Source: Macrostomum lignano
Taxonomy: Eukaryota
Assembly: GCA_002269645.1 (NCBI GenBank)
Contig: NIVC01002657.1
Coordinates: forward strand, 88,175 to 152,174
DNA: 64,000 bases
Reading direction: 5' to 3'
Under the pieces are notes generated by a model that had not been told where the DNA came from, ran no database searches, and saw only the letters and a list, made by a program, of their open reading frames with translations. Each line of letters opens with the position of its first letter. Position 1 is the first letter of the stretch. Both the position numbers and the translations under genes were made by a program. This document shows, one piece after another, positions 44,501-57,500 of this stretch.

Positions 44501-46633
44501 GGTTTCACATTTAGTTCTGCATTTTCTTCTCATTTCGCAGCCTCCACTTTTCATGGTTTCTAATTGTTTTTCTGTCATATTTACTGTATTCTATTTACCT
44601 CATTTTCCATCAAATATATATATATATATACAGACAGCATCCGTTTTTTTCCAAACTGTTTTAATTTGTATGTTTGCCCTCTACATTATTTACAAGTTCA
44701 ATTTACACTGGCAACTTGTCTCTCCTCCTTTAAACATGTACTTTTTTTATAAAATGTTAGCTAATTCATACACTTTACCGCGTCAACTATAACAGCATCA
44801 AATGGCAAATTTATGCATCTATTATAACTGCTTAAAACTGCACATTTACTTGTCAATTTCATATACCCCAAATGGCACATCTATGGCACAGTTGCCAAAC
44901 TGTGCCACTAATTGTCGTTAGAGGCGGAGAGCCCACTTTCTAGTCGTTTCGACAGTTATTTCGCGCTTCGATCTAATTCAATTATTTCCGAACAGGCCTT
45001 TAAAACACAAGTAGAAAATGGTTTAAACTAATCTGGCATTTGTACTTAAATGCGCAGCGCGTTACACTGCCCTGACGATGGGAAAGTCAGGGCCGCTGAA
45101 CACCTTGTCAATCAGTCATAAGTCTTATAAACCTTGAACAAAGGTGGAATAAGTTCTCACCTGCTCATACTCTTAGAAGTAGCTTCGTCGGTATCTTTGC
45201 CAAAATTGCGCGCCTTATAGGTGTCCCAGGACAGCTTGTCGGCTGGTGAGGATGCGTAGTCTAAGAACTGCTTGCGACTGTCCTCGGTGACGTAGCGCTT
45301 AGAGATGTAGTCGATCCAGTCGCTGAGCTCTTTCTCTGTCACCTGGAGTATTGCGGATGTACAATTTAGTGCACTGTTCAAAGGTACCCCACTCAGCAAC
45401 TGAGGATCTGGGAGGCTGGCCCAGCGACTGAGGATCTGGGAGGCTGGCCCAGCAACTGACACTCTGGGAGGCTGGCACAGCAACTGACACTCTAGGAGGC
45501 TGGCACAGCAACTGACACTCTGGGAGGCAAGCCCAGTAACTAAGGATCTGGGAGGCTGGCCCAGCAACTGACACTCTGGGAGGCTGGCACAGCAACTGAC
45601 ACTCTGGGAGGCTGGCACAGCAACTGACACTCTGGGAGGCTGGCCCAGCAACTGACACTCTGGGAGGCAAGCCCAGTAACTAAGGATCTGGGAGGCTGGC
45701 CCAGCGACTGAGGATCTGGGAGGCTGGCACAGCAACTAACACTCTGGGAGGCAAGCCCAGTAACTAAGGATCTGGGAGGCTGGCCCAGCAACTGACACTC
45801 TGGGAGGCTGGCACAGCAACTGACACTCTGGGAGGCTGGCACAGCAACTGACACTCTGGGAGGCTGGCACAGCAACTGACACTCTGGGAGGCTGGCACAG
45901 CAACTGACACTCTGGGAGGCAAGCCCAGTAACTAAGGATCTGGGAGGCTGGCCCAGCGACTGAGGATCTGGGAGGCTGGCACAGCAACTGACACTCTGGG
46001 AGGCTGGCACAGCAACTGACACTCTGGGAGGCAAGCCCAGTAACTAAGGATCTGGGAGGCTGGCCCAGCAACTGAGGATCTGGGAGGCTGGCCCAGCAAC
46101 TGACACTCTGGGAGGCTGGCACAGCAACTGACACTCTGGGAGGCAAGCCCAGTAACTAAGGATCTGGGAGGCAAGCCCAGCAACTGAGAATCAGTGACCA
46201 GTGAGGCTGGTGGCCCAGCAACTGAGGATCTAGGGAATTCTAGTACTGGATTGCTTGTCTAATACTGAGATCACAGAACAGTTCAACCAATGTCCCAGAA
46301 TCTCACCATTCCATCATTGTCTTTGTCAATTTTGTCAACAATTTTTCCCAAATTCGCTTTACTCTCTTCTGGCGACATCTTATCGAACTTGCTGGAATCC
46401 TCCTTCCCCAGGAAGGCCTCGTGATCGTACTTGTGATCGTCTTCATCCTCGTCCTCGTCATGGTCCAAGTCGCTCAGATCGTGCTGATAGACGCGGTCGC
46501 CGCTGTCCTTGTGCGAGGAATCGGCTTTGACAACGGCTGGACTGGCCTGAGCGGATGGCAAACTGACAGCCAAGGTTATGGCAATAACAGCCAGGGTCAT
46601 TAGTGGCAGTACAGACGAATGGCAGTTGGACAT
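41562..46633 (-). CDS. Calumenin/reticulocalbin (CREC family) multi-EF-hand ER protein, 4 exons, 330 aa
   Basis: Exons 46633-46307, 45342-45161, 42896-42602, 41750-41562 in frame. Signal peptide; [66 protein letters not shown]; C-terminal HEEL retention signal. Confidence 0.95.
41845..42540. repeat. 23-bp minisatellite (TCTAGGGGCGATTCTTG(A/G)GAATG) in calumenin intron 3
   Basis: About 30 copies. Confidence 0.95.
42945..43120 (-). mobile_element. tRNA-derived SINE remnant in calumenin intron 2
   Basis: Minus strand has the B-box GGGGGTTCGATTC followed by TGTGTCCTTAAGCAAGACGCTT, a conserved SINE core motif. Confidence 0.55.
43120..44102 (+). pseudogene. Decayed CxxC + coiled-coil + BEN-like domain gene nested antisense in calumenin intron 2
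   Basis: [11 protein letters not shown], then heptad [26 protein letters not shown], an intron (43658-43748, GTAAG..CTGCAG, phase 0), then [40 protein letters not shown]; several frameshifts and stops upstream. Confidence 0.5.
45390..46235. repeat. 28-bp minisatellite in calumenin intron 1 (pre-mRNA strand GATCCTCAGTTGCTGGGCCAGCCTCCCA)
   Basis: About 30 copies; same family as the arrays in the thioredoxin reductase intron. Confidence 0.95.
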
Positions 46634-47519
46634 GATGGCAGAATTAATCTAACTGTATTAATTAATTAATAGCATGCATTGTAACCAGGGTGTGATTTTA
46701 AATAGAAAAATACAACACTTTTCTGATGACTTCATTATAAAATTACAGGCAATATGTTTGCTATAGTGTTATTGAATTGAAACTGGAATTGAAAACTTGA
46801 GGTAATGTAACACGTTTGATTGAATTGGTTTCACTTTAAAGCTTGTGATAACTTTGGCTATCACAATAATGACACTGCATAGCACATGCAATGACTGGCA
46901 TTATCATATAATTATAAACCAAAAAAATGATTGTCACCATTGGGGTGGCCTAGTCTAGCTCTATAGGCCTTAGATGGCTGCTAGCAGGGTTGAGATAATG
47001 GTTGAACTACTAGGCAAGCAACTACTAGCTCGGAAAATTGGTACACAGTTTGGCCCCATCAGCTTTATCATTGCGCTAGGGGTAGACAACACTACCATGC
47101 TAGGCCAAGGCATGCCGCTGGCAGTCTTCGAATTGTGTCACCAAGGCTGCATTGCCAGTTCTGCCCTGCTGGCTAGCAACACCCGAGGTGCCTACTTTGC
47201 CAACTACAAAAGCTAGATGCCTACCACCCAAAGCTGCTACCTGTGACGTTTGCATCCTCGCACCTGTGGTAAGATAGGCTACTACAATGTGACTTTTCCT
47301 TTGCCCCCCTTTTTTGATAACGATATGTGTTGTCATTGCCCATTTCCATGCCTGACCCTTTTGGTAGTCTTCCCCTAACCCAATTACTATCTTAACCATT
47401 GGTCTCTTTTTTGTTTTGTATTATTTTTTGTTGTTGTTTAACAAAACTATATAAATAAAGCACTTAAACCAAGAGAAAGTCAGAATAGAACTTAGAAAAA
47501 TTAAGACTAGAACTGCAGA

Positions 47520-49105
47520 TAGCTCAGTGCATCATGGATGAATTAGATATCTTTGCCAACTTTGATGATTCGTTAGAACAATTCACCATTTCAATTAACA
47601 CTCCTGAGGCGATAATTGCCAATGATGAAGTCCAAGAGGCAGTACTTGCCTACAAGGACACCCTTGAGGCTCAAGAGAAGGCACTTGCCCAAAATGATGC
47701 ATCAAAGACAACCAACAGAGGCTACCTCAGAGGCAGTATTTGCCTATAAAGAGGTGGCAAACAAAAGGGTGCATGAGGCTTCAAGCACTCAAAAATCAAT
47801 TGGCACTGCTTATGGCAATATAGCCACACATTTGAAGTTATTAGTTATTAGACCAACGGCTAAGAAGGTACCAATGCCCCATGACCCCAACACCCAGTTT
47901 ACCTTGCTACACCAACAAGCTAAGAAACTGGTCCCCATCAAAGCTGCAATAATCAAGTGTCAGCCACTAGGCTCAAGTCCAATATAATTCATGGCCACTA
48001 AATAGCCAAAGCTAATAATCCCTATAGGAAAAAGTGGACAGTGTCTGGCGCACTTTTGGAATTTTTCTAAAGCCCTTTCTTACTAGCTGCTGCTTTAGCA
48101 AATACATATATATGGAAATGGGTATAATACCTCTGTGGAAGGGGCTTATACACTCATAATTTATTAAGCTTAGAGATGTTCCAAAAATTCAATTTCAATT
48201 TTCCAAAATTTGAAATTTTTTAGAGCAAATTTCAATTTTGAAAAAAATTTAAAAGTGAAAATTTTGGTAGTGTCTAAAAATTTGCTAAAAATAAACTAAT
48301 TTCTATGACATATAAATGTATTACTTTTTGCTTAAGCAGTAAATTGAAAGTGAAAAAGTGAGTGTTGATCATATTAAACTTTATTTTTCTGAATTATGAT
48401 TTCGGGAAATTTCAATTTTGATTTTGGAAAGTTAGCGAATTTTGATTTCGATGAAACTGCAGATCTTTCGGAACATCTCTAATAATCCTAAAGCATGGTA
48501 ACATAGTTTGACTCTTTTCTAAAGCGCGCATCCGCGGGTTTTCAACATTTATTCCAATAGGGCTAATAATGCCTCAAACTGAGCCTTGGTGACAACAACA
48601 ATGGCTACTATCAATACTGCAATTGCCTCTACCACAAGTGCTAAAAAATTACATACCAAATCAACAGCCTATACCAAGGCCACCAATGGCAATAACTGTG
48701 GCTGTAGCTACTAGCAGTCAATCTAAATGGTCAGTGCCACTACAAAATTGGCAAGTGCAGAACCCAATGGTGCTAGGCACCAATTCTTCCACTGTTTTAG
48801 CCAGAATAGTGCCACAGTGTCATGAAATGTATAAGATATTAATGGCAGATTAAAGTGTACCTTTGATGGCAAAAGTACCATGCCATAGCAAAAAGATGCA
48901 AAGGCAATCATTGATAGACTAAAGGAAAATTTCACCCATGAGCAGAACATTGCAGCCTAGAGAAGGGCCATGTTATATACTCTGCATTACATGACCATGT
49001 CAGTATAAGCCTATCAACAAGTGCAACTATGCTATGAGGTTTGCTGCATGGCCACTAAGCTAGGATAGCCAGTCCAAATGAGTCTACTACATAAGTTCAT
49101 TGTAA
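47520..49105 (+). pseudogene. Heavily decayed coding remnant, probably TE-derived
   Basis: Long coding-like frames (e.g. ...WQKYHAIAKDAKAIIDRLKENFTHEQNIAA*RRAMLYTLHY...) broken by TAG/TGA/TAA stops and ending at a GTAAG donor; family not recognised. Confidence 0.3.
48171..48481. mobile_element. Old hAT-type MITE (311 bp)
   Basis: TIR TAGAGATGTTCC(A/G)AAA at both ends; putative 8-bp TSD matches only 5/8. Confidence 0.5.
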
Positions 49106-49229
49106 GTTAAGTAAATAATTTCAAAACAATTAAGAACTATAATTTCATAAGTGTTTGATTTATTTTTATAATTTGCTTATATTTTGAGCATGGTACTATA
49201 AAATTTATACATTGCTTACATGATACCAC

Positions 49230-49595
49230 CACAGGGGGGCCGTAGCCCAGCGGTAGCGCAGCTGCTCTGGTATGCCAGCGACCCAGGCTCAATTCCAAGT
49301 GCAGTCACATTAATTTGGGGCTGAATTGGAATTTCGGCTTGGCTTTGCTCGTGCAATTAATGGCCTTGAGAGCCAACCCCCAAGGCACAGTGAAGTGTAC
49401 ATGCCTAACAATAAAATAAGGTTAGGGCCGCTGTACACTCCTATGTGAGTGTGTGCCTGCGTATGTATCCGCGCGCTTGTATGCCTGTTCAGGGGAGTCA
49501 GCGGAATGGACAGTAATGCCTCTCGCCGGTTGTGTGCATATGTTGCTTAAAGTGCGCCAGGGTGCACACAACTCCCCTGCCTCTAATAAAAAAAA
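49230..49595 (+). mobile_element. Full-length tRNA-derived SINE
   Basis: A box TAGCCCAGCGGTAG, B box GGCTCAATTCC, A-rich tail, 13-bp TSD TACATGATACCAC (49217-49229 and 49596-49608); homologous copies at 63315-63545 and ~45070-45110. Confidence 0.9.
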
Positions 49596-51296
49596 TACAT
49601 GATACCACTATAACCTATAATTATAACCATTACCTTTTTTATTATATTTATACTCTATTAAAATCATTATCTATGTGCATATTTACATAAATTTACATAT
49701 TTACATATATTTACACAAAAAATGTAGTGCACACCCATTCACAAAAATATGCTCGTGTTGCAACAATAAATGACCTTTTTTACATTGTGACAATAAAAGA
49801 CCTTTTTTAAATTGTGTAATAAAATTTTATTACCAAATAATTTGGTTGCTTTTTAAGCTTTTTTTCAGCGATACTAGGCCCTATTTACAGTGAAAAGTTT
49901 ATATATGCAAAGATTTGTTTAAGTTCTTTTTTACGAGCTTAAAAAACCCAAAAGCTTGAAATTTGCACTTAAAAATGAACTTTTTTATCTTCTTTCTACT
50001 TCACAATAACTCTTACACGTGATTCTATAAAGTGCACATAAGGTATGCACGCATACTATTTTCTTAGGAATGAGTGATACATGCCAATTGTGCCAGGCCA
50101 ATGCACGCCCAAATTTTTGGGTGTATACTACATGATCTGGAGTGTGGCTATAGTCTAGATAATGCTAGGTACATGCCTGAAATGTGCATGCTCATTCTCA
50201 AAATTATGCTAATGTTGCAACAATCAATGACCTTTTTACATTAAGACAATAAATGACTTATAATTGCATAATGGACCCTATTTGGCAAGTTATTTGGTTG
50301 ATTTTTATGCTTTTTTGTTGATACTATTTATAGTTGCAAATCAGTAAATGCAAACATCAGTTTAAATGCTTTATAAGATTAGATGTTAGATATTAGGCAT
50401 AAAGAACAAAAAAGGAACAGACAAATATTAGGTAGGGCCTATTAAGGCTCGCTGCTAGACACCCTTGATCCTGGGAAATGGTAGGCCTATAATTTCAAAT
50501 TTAACTTAGGAATTTAGAACAGTGTCTTAGGCCTACTGCTTGGGCACTTATTGCTACCACGAGATTTCCAAGAAATCGAGTGAATTAGGGCAATCTTAGA
50601 AACAGGAAGCTTTAGGGTCGAACAATTTATCAGTACCAGTAGGATATAATGGCAGAAATTTCCACGAGAACAATAAAATATTCTAAAAGTTTCATCACGA
50701 AACATTGTTATACTTATAGACCGACCTATATAACCAAATTTTATACAAAAAAATAAACGATATATAAACCCAAAATTAATAGGGCCATGGCATAGGCCTA
50801 GCCCTAGGTCTAGGCGTCTAGCGACATGGAGTCCCTAGGGCCCATAGCCATAGGAAATGGCTTTGGCATTTGCCTGAGTTAGTATATAAAAACTAAAATA
50901 CTATTAATTTAAAACTAAAATTTTACAACAAAAAAATCCTAATTAAGGAATTTATTGGATACTACCATGGTGACATGCAAACCACTGAAATCCTGAATAG
51001 AATAGGCCTATCTGAATCGGAATCTTTTAAAAAGCTTGACTTGTCTTGCGTTGCACAATGTTAAAAAATAAAAAACAGAATGCATTTTTTGCTAGCTTTT
51101 ACACACAATTTTACCTAAAATGTGAAAGAAAAAATAAAAAAGCCTTTTATTTTTTTAAACTGGCAGAATTACTTGTTTAACAGAAATATATTTGTTGTGT
51201 TAGTTTCACTAAGACGATTATTTTAAAATTAAACACCGTGCCCGTTGAATCATTACTCGACCTCCTCGACCTCTACCGCCACTGCACCGCTGTTGC

Positions 51297-51605
51297 CAGG
51301 GTTTTTTCTGCCAAAAATGTGGATGCAAGCTTGCTCTCAAGCTTAAAAATGGATGCAAATATGGAAACCAGAATGCAACTTGCATCTACGTCTAAATTTA
51401 GGGAAAGTATTAATGAAGATTCAAGAAAGTATTGAAACAATATATTTATGCATGATGTTTTGTTTGTAACTTTTGCTAAAAAATGACTTGCATGCATCTT
51501 GATCTCAAAAAATGCAAATGCGCGATTTGCATCCAGTGACAAAAAAGTGGGTGCAAATCCAAATTTCAGGGTGTAAATTACACCCTATTTGCATAAAAAA
51601 ACCTG
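51297..51605. mobile_element. 309-bp hAT-type MITE
   Basis: Termini CAGGGTTTTTTCTGC and GCATAAAAAAACCTG; 8-bp TSD GCTGTTGC/GCTGTTTC (7/8). Confidence 0.7.
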
Positions 51606-52416
51606 GCTGTTTCATCTTTCATATTGTATGTATAAACATTAAACTACAAATATCACTGTATCTGTATAGTAAGTAAGTAATGTAATGTAATACACATCAT
51701 CAACACATGTATGGTAATTGCTTGATTGGTTGGTTCTTTATAGGCATGCTATCTAGTATCTTGTCAACTTGGTCCCATCTAGCTGCCCTAAACCTTACTA
51801 GTCTATTACTTAGCAGGCTTGCTGTGTCTCAAAGACTGCGTCTAGGACAAGTCAACAAAAAGATTACCCAGTCACCTTTCCTAGGTTTAGCTAGAACTAT
51901 CCCTAGGCTCTAGCACTAGGAAGTGCAGGTACTAATAGGGCCTACTACTAAATAGGCCCAAGCATAGGCCTAGGCTAGCCACCAGCCCACAGGCCACAGG
52001 GCATAGCTGCATAGGCTAGGCCCTATAGGTAGGTAGCCATAGGCATACTACTACTAGCATATGCAAGATAATCTAATTAACTTATTTTTTTGTTTCTGAC
52101 TCTACTTTAGTATAAAAATGACTAAAATTTTGTTTTGATATTGACTAGCCTAGGCTATAGCCCCCCTCCCTATTAGGCATATTTTTACTGTTTTATTAAA
52201 ATAGAAAATTAGGCTAAGTAGGTCTAGTGACATGGTCAGCAATCAGTTGGCTAGCAATGTATTGTTTAATTCAAAACCAATGCCACTACAATGCTTATCT
52301 AGTTTATGTCTAGTGATAGCATCATTTGCTTTCAGTAAGTGATTGATATAGCTTTTTCCTTGTAATCCTAGATATGGCTTCTCCTAGGATTACAATGATT
52401 GTTAGTTTTAGGTTTT

Positions 52417-53541
52417 GGCATTCTTTCATTTTATGATCCCCTTACATTTGTCCTAGGCCTATAGAACATGGCACTTTTGACTTTTGTTATACAATCCCCT
52501 ATGTAAAAGATAGGAGTCTTGTTTACATATCAGTTGAGTATATTTCAAGCAGGATTACCCTAATTAATTGTAAGCCATAATTCTTGGCAAGAGTAGAGAC
52601 ATGTTTATATTCACTTTCATACAATCATTCAAATAGAAGAAATGTATGGAAAAGGATTGGATAACAAAACTTGGGCTTTTCATCAACTTTGTAATATGAT
52701 GCCCCAGGTTTAAAATTTGTTTGAAAAATCTAAACCCTTGTCTAGGCTACCTGATGGAGATTCCACAAAAGTAAGTTGTGATTTTTTTGGTATCCCTCCT
52801 TTCTCTTTTTTAAACCCCCCTCACTTTTGATATACAATCCCCAACAATGTGAAACAATGTTGTCCATACTGTAAAGGGATCATAAAATGAAAGTCAGAGG
52901 GGGTTAGGCGTGGAATTATTAGATAGTATATGAACTATCTTTACTTCATCTATAAGTGCAATACCTTGATTTCATTTTTGATATTGAAACCGCTGCAAAC
53001 AAATTTTTGACTTGGGGCATCATATCAATGCTCATCAATGCTCAAGTTTCATTATTCAATCCCTTTCCATACATTTCCTCCATTTGAATGATCGTAAAAT
53101 GAAAGTGAATATAGAGTGGCTCTTTAAAAAAGAAACTTATTAGGTTTTTCAACACATTCTACTCACTAAATCCATTAAACTTACACAATCCCCACCTAAT
53201 AAATTTCTAACTTGGGGGATCGTATTACAAAATTGATGAAAAGCCCAAGTTTTGTTATCCAATCCCTTTGTATACATTTACTCCATTAAAATAACCATAT
53301 AATGAAAGTGAATATAGAGATGTCCTTATATTCTTGCCAAGAATCTTGTCGAGGCTTTGTTTGATTGCCCCATTTTGGTTGAACTCCACTTCAAATAGAC
53401 ATCAATTGAAACTGCCTTAACGCAGTGCCTTTGACTCATGGGTACTGTTTCGTCTAGTTTCTATTCTTTGATTACATCTTTTACACGGGGATTATATAAC
53501 AAAAGTGCCTAGGAATGGGGATTGTAAAATGAAAGAATGCC
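52417..53541. mobile_element. ~1.1-kb foldback element with long imperfect inverted arms
   Basis: GGCATTCTTTCATTTTATGATCCCC (52417) pairs with 53517-53541; 52573-52705 pairs with 53214-53348; further internal modules. Confidence 0.7.
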
Positions 53542-54594
53542 CAGGTTTTAATCTTTAAAGATTCATTTTTAGGCCTCAAAGCTCAGCCTGGTGTAGCTAG
53601 TCCAGCTCATCTACTAGTAGTTAATTAAGATAAAGCAAGGAGAAGCTGCTTAGGCCTAATAAGTCTAGATAGATGAGCCCACACACTTGTTGATTGATAT
53701 AATTTCATTTGGGACATCTCTGCTTAGGTACTCATTGACTATCTAATTGAACTGACAGGCCCTAGTCATTACCCTTGAATGGATATAAATGCAAGTGATT
53801 ATCTATTAAAGTTATTTGGTTAGGCTTAGCTCAACTCAAACTCAACTTTTAGTTCATAGTTTATTAGTTTGTTTCCAGTTATGTAAGAAAAAGACTGGTG
53901 TATTAGAAATGAATTTTTGCATGAATTCAAGTTTAGCTAACAATTCTTAAAGATTCCCCTAGCATGATATAGATCTATATAGTCAGAATCATTATATACA
54001 TGCCATAATATTCAAGACCAAAAATTTCTATCATGATACTTCTATTTCTATAAACTTAAACTTAAACTCAAATTCTGCTCCAATGCTTAAAAAGAGAAGT
54101 AAAGTAGTCCCAATATATGTAGTCTAATCCTCCTACTTGTAGCCCATATTCAAGAACTTGGTCTATCTACTAGAACTTTCATCCAAATAACTATAGAAAT
54201 AGTATATAGTTAAAATAACCAGTATCCAGAAAATTCATCTAGGGCCCATATAGCAAGGAGGAAGTATTTGGTAATAGAAGAATTGGTTATCTAGTGAATT
54301 TTAGACCTATTGCAATAAAGTCCTTGCATAGCCAATGCATTATACAATATAATATGATCCAATATATGTAGCTAATGTATTATTTAAATCAATTAAAACT
54401 TTCAACATATATAGGCCTATTAGCTCAACAAAATATTAAATACTTTTTTGGAAAAAGGTTTTATAAATACAAGTTATAAAAATGTTATGAAATTATTAGA
54501 TTATTTTAACTTAGATTTCCACCTTATAATAAACTTACTGATTTTATAAAACTTTTATTTCAGTCTTTTGAGCAAATCTTGGTATCTTATAGGC

Positions 54595-57500
54595 ATGCCT
54601 TATGAAGGAACAGTGTGTCCTTTTTGCTCAAAGCCATATACTTTGAGTCAGGTAGGACAGTATATGTGTCATTTAAAATCTCATGGTTTTAACTTGCATC
54701 ATTTGAAAGTCCCAAGTTCAAGGTCAAAGAGTGCAAATATCAGGCAGCGCCTTTTAGACAATAGGAGGAACAGAAAGGTAAGACATTAAATTGAGTTTAA
54801 TAATTATGCAGAATGTTTCCAATACTACTCATCAGTAATGCAGTAACAATATACGGTTGCTAAACAGCACCCTAAAGAACTCCATTTTGAACCCTAATTC
54901 AGAGGCTACGGATTTTACATGGCAGTCCATCAGCTAGACTTCCTGCTGTGCCAGAAGAAGATCCGCAAATTGTTGATGACAATCTAGCACAGCCAATTAT
55001 TGAGTCTGTAAGCTTTGTTTGCATTTTGCTGTATTGGTTAAACCTAACAGTGCTATAAACTGAAGGACCATTGTCTGGCATTATAAAGTGATGGAAACTA
55101 CATGATAACTACTAAACCTATTTACATATTTAAAAATACTTAGATTGATGCCGAATCGAATCTGGAGTCAGCTGCGAGTAGTAGCCGTCGAGTGCAACAA
55201 CAGCATAGCGAAGAGCAGCCTTCAAGTGCTCAGACTCAATCAAGTGACTTAATTTCAAACGTGTCTCGCGATTTAGTGATTAATTTAACTCGCTGCGATG
55301 CTAGCCAGGTAATTATGTGCTGTTTATCGAGTAATATTTCAGATTTTCTTGCCTTATTGAAGTATCAGTAGTTTCGAAAACATGGAGTGTGCAGAATTTT
55401 GCAACATCTGTAGTGTCAAGGGTAAGGGTTGTGATGTTGATATTCCATTTGATTTTCAACTTTTTTTACTTATGTCTCGAATTTACTAAGGTTTTGAATG
55501 AGGAAGCTGCTGACGGCGTAGAGACTGCTCAACCGGAAGTACCGCAGGAGCCCAGTTATTACATTGCGAATCGCTATTTTCCAATAGTTAGACTCGCACG
55601 TCTGGAGTATTTGCCTACTGATAAGGTGAGTAGTAAATATTGTATTTACTGTTTGTAGTAAAATAAGTTACTAAGTATGTTATAATTAGCTAAATAGCCA
55701 TCTATAATTTTACCTTTAGTTGTCGGCATCTGCGTCTTCATTACTGCGTATTCCTCTAGAGCGTAACGATAATGAGAGTGAAACTGAAACTTCTGCTTCT
55801 TCTGCTGCTTCTGTTGCTGCTGCTTCTGCACCTGCGGCGACTGAAGCAGAAGAGATGGCCACATTGCCAGAGCAGATTTGCCGGCAACGCATTGCCGTGG
55901 TTAGACTGACTCGCTTGGATAGTTTCACGTCAATGGTTTCGTTAGATAAATCGGTAAGTTACTTCGGTTTCTCGTCATTTCTCCAGTTGTCTACTTAACG
56001 TGTGTATGCTTGAGCTTTGATACGTTATTGTTAATAATGCGTTTATTGTTGTTACTTTAAATCCTGCCTCGCTCTCATTAGGTGGCGCAATCCCGGTCGA
56101 CCAGATCTCAGACCCTAGACACAACGGTTGAGCGAAAGAGGTTTGTGGAAACTGGAGAGCAACAGAAAACCAGGTCATCTTGCTTGGGGCCCAGAACCCG
56201 ACATCAGGATGCTGAAGATGAAGAGCCGAGCAGGCCCAGAACCCGACATCAGGATGCTGAAGATGAAGAGCCGAGCAGGCCCAGAACCCGACATCAGGAT
56301 GCTGAAGATGAAGAGCCGAGCAGGCCTAGAACCCGACATCAGGATGCTGAAGATGAAGAGTCAGGCAGACCAAGAACCCGGAAACGGGATACTAGAGATG
56401 GAGAGCTGAGCAGACCCAGAACCCGACATCAGGATGCTGAAGATGAAGAGTCAGGCAGACCAAGAACCCGGAAACGGGATACTAGAGATGGAGAGCTGAG
56501 CAGACCCAGAACCCGACATCAGGATGCTGAAGATGAAGAGTCCGGCAGACCAAGAACCCGGAATCGGGATACTAGAGATGGAGAGCTGAGCAGACCCAGA
56601 ACCCGACATCAGGATGCTGAAGATGAAGAGCCGAGCAGGCCCAGAACCCGACATCAGGATGCTGAAGATGAAGTGCCAAGCAGGCCCAGAACCCGACATC
56701 AGGATGCTGAAGATGAAGAGCCGAGCAGGCCCAGAACCCGACATCAGGATGCTGAAGATGAGGAGTCAAGCAGTCCCAGAACCCGACACCAGGATGCTGA
56801 AGATGAAGAGCTGAGCAGGCCCAGAACCCGACATCAGGATGCTGAAGATGAGGAGTCAAGCAGTCCCAGAACCCGACACCAGGATGCTGAAGATGAAGTG
56901 CCAAGCAGGCCAAGAACCCGACATCAGGATGCTGAAGATGAGGAGTCAAGCAGTCCCAGAACCCGACACCAGGATGCTGAAGATGAAGTGCCAAGCAGAC
57001 CCAGAACCCGACATCAGGATGCTGAAGATGAAGAGTCAGGCAGACCAAGAACCCGGAATCGGGATACTAGAGATGGAGAGCTGAGCAGACCCAGAACCCG
57101 ACATCAGGATGCTGAAGATGAAATGCCAAGCAGGCCCACAACCCGACATCAGGATGCTGAAGATGAGGAGTCAAGCAGTCCCAGAACCCGACACCAGGAT
57201 GCTGAAGATGAAGAGCTGAGCAGGCCCAGAACCCGACATCAGGATGCTGAAGATGAGGAGTCAAACAGTCCCAGAACCCGACACCAGGATGCTGAAGATG
57301 AAGTGCCAAGCAGGCCCAGAACCCGACATCAGGATGCTGAAGATGAAGAGTCAGGCAGACCAAGAACCCGGAAACGGGATACTAGAGATGGAGAGCTGAG
57401 CAGACCCAGAACCCGACATCAGGATGCTGAAGATGAAGTGCCAAGCAGGCCAAGAACCCGACATCAGGATGCTGAAGATGAGGAGTCAAGCAGTCCCAGA

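Noticed and set aside
44291-44792. ORFs next to the BEN-like remnant as its transposase
   Set aside because: No DDE or other catalytic motif visible; AT-rich and low complexity.
45157-46183. [13 protein letters not shown] repeat ORFs (also at 60278-60981 and 62282-62769)
   Set aside because: Translations of the intronic 28-bp minisatellite.
49236-49310. tRNA gene
   Set aside because: A/B boxes are present, but there is no complete cloverleaf and it continues into a SINE body with tail and TSD.
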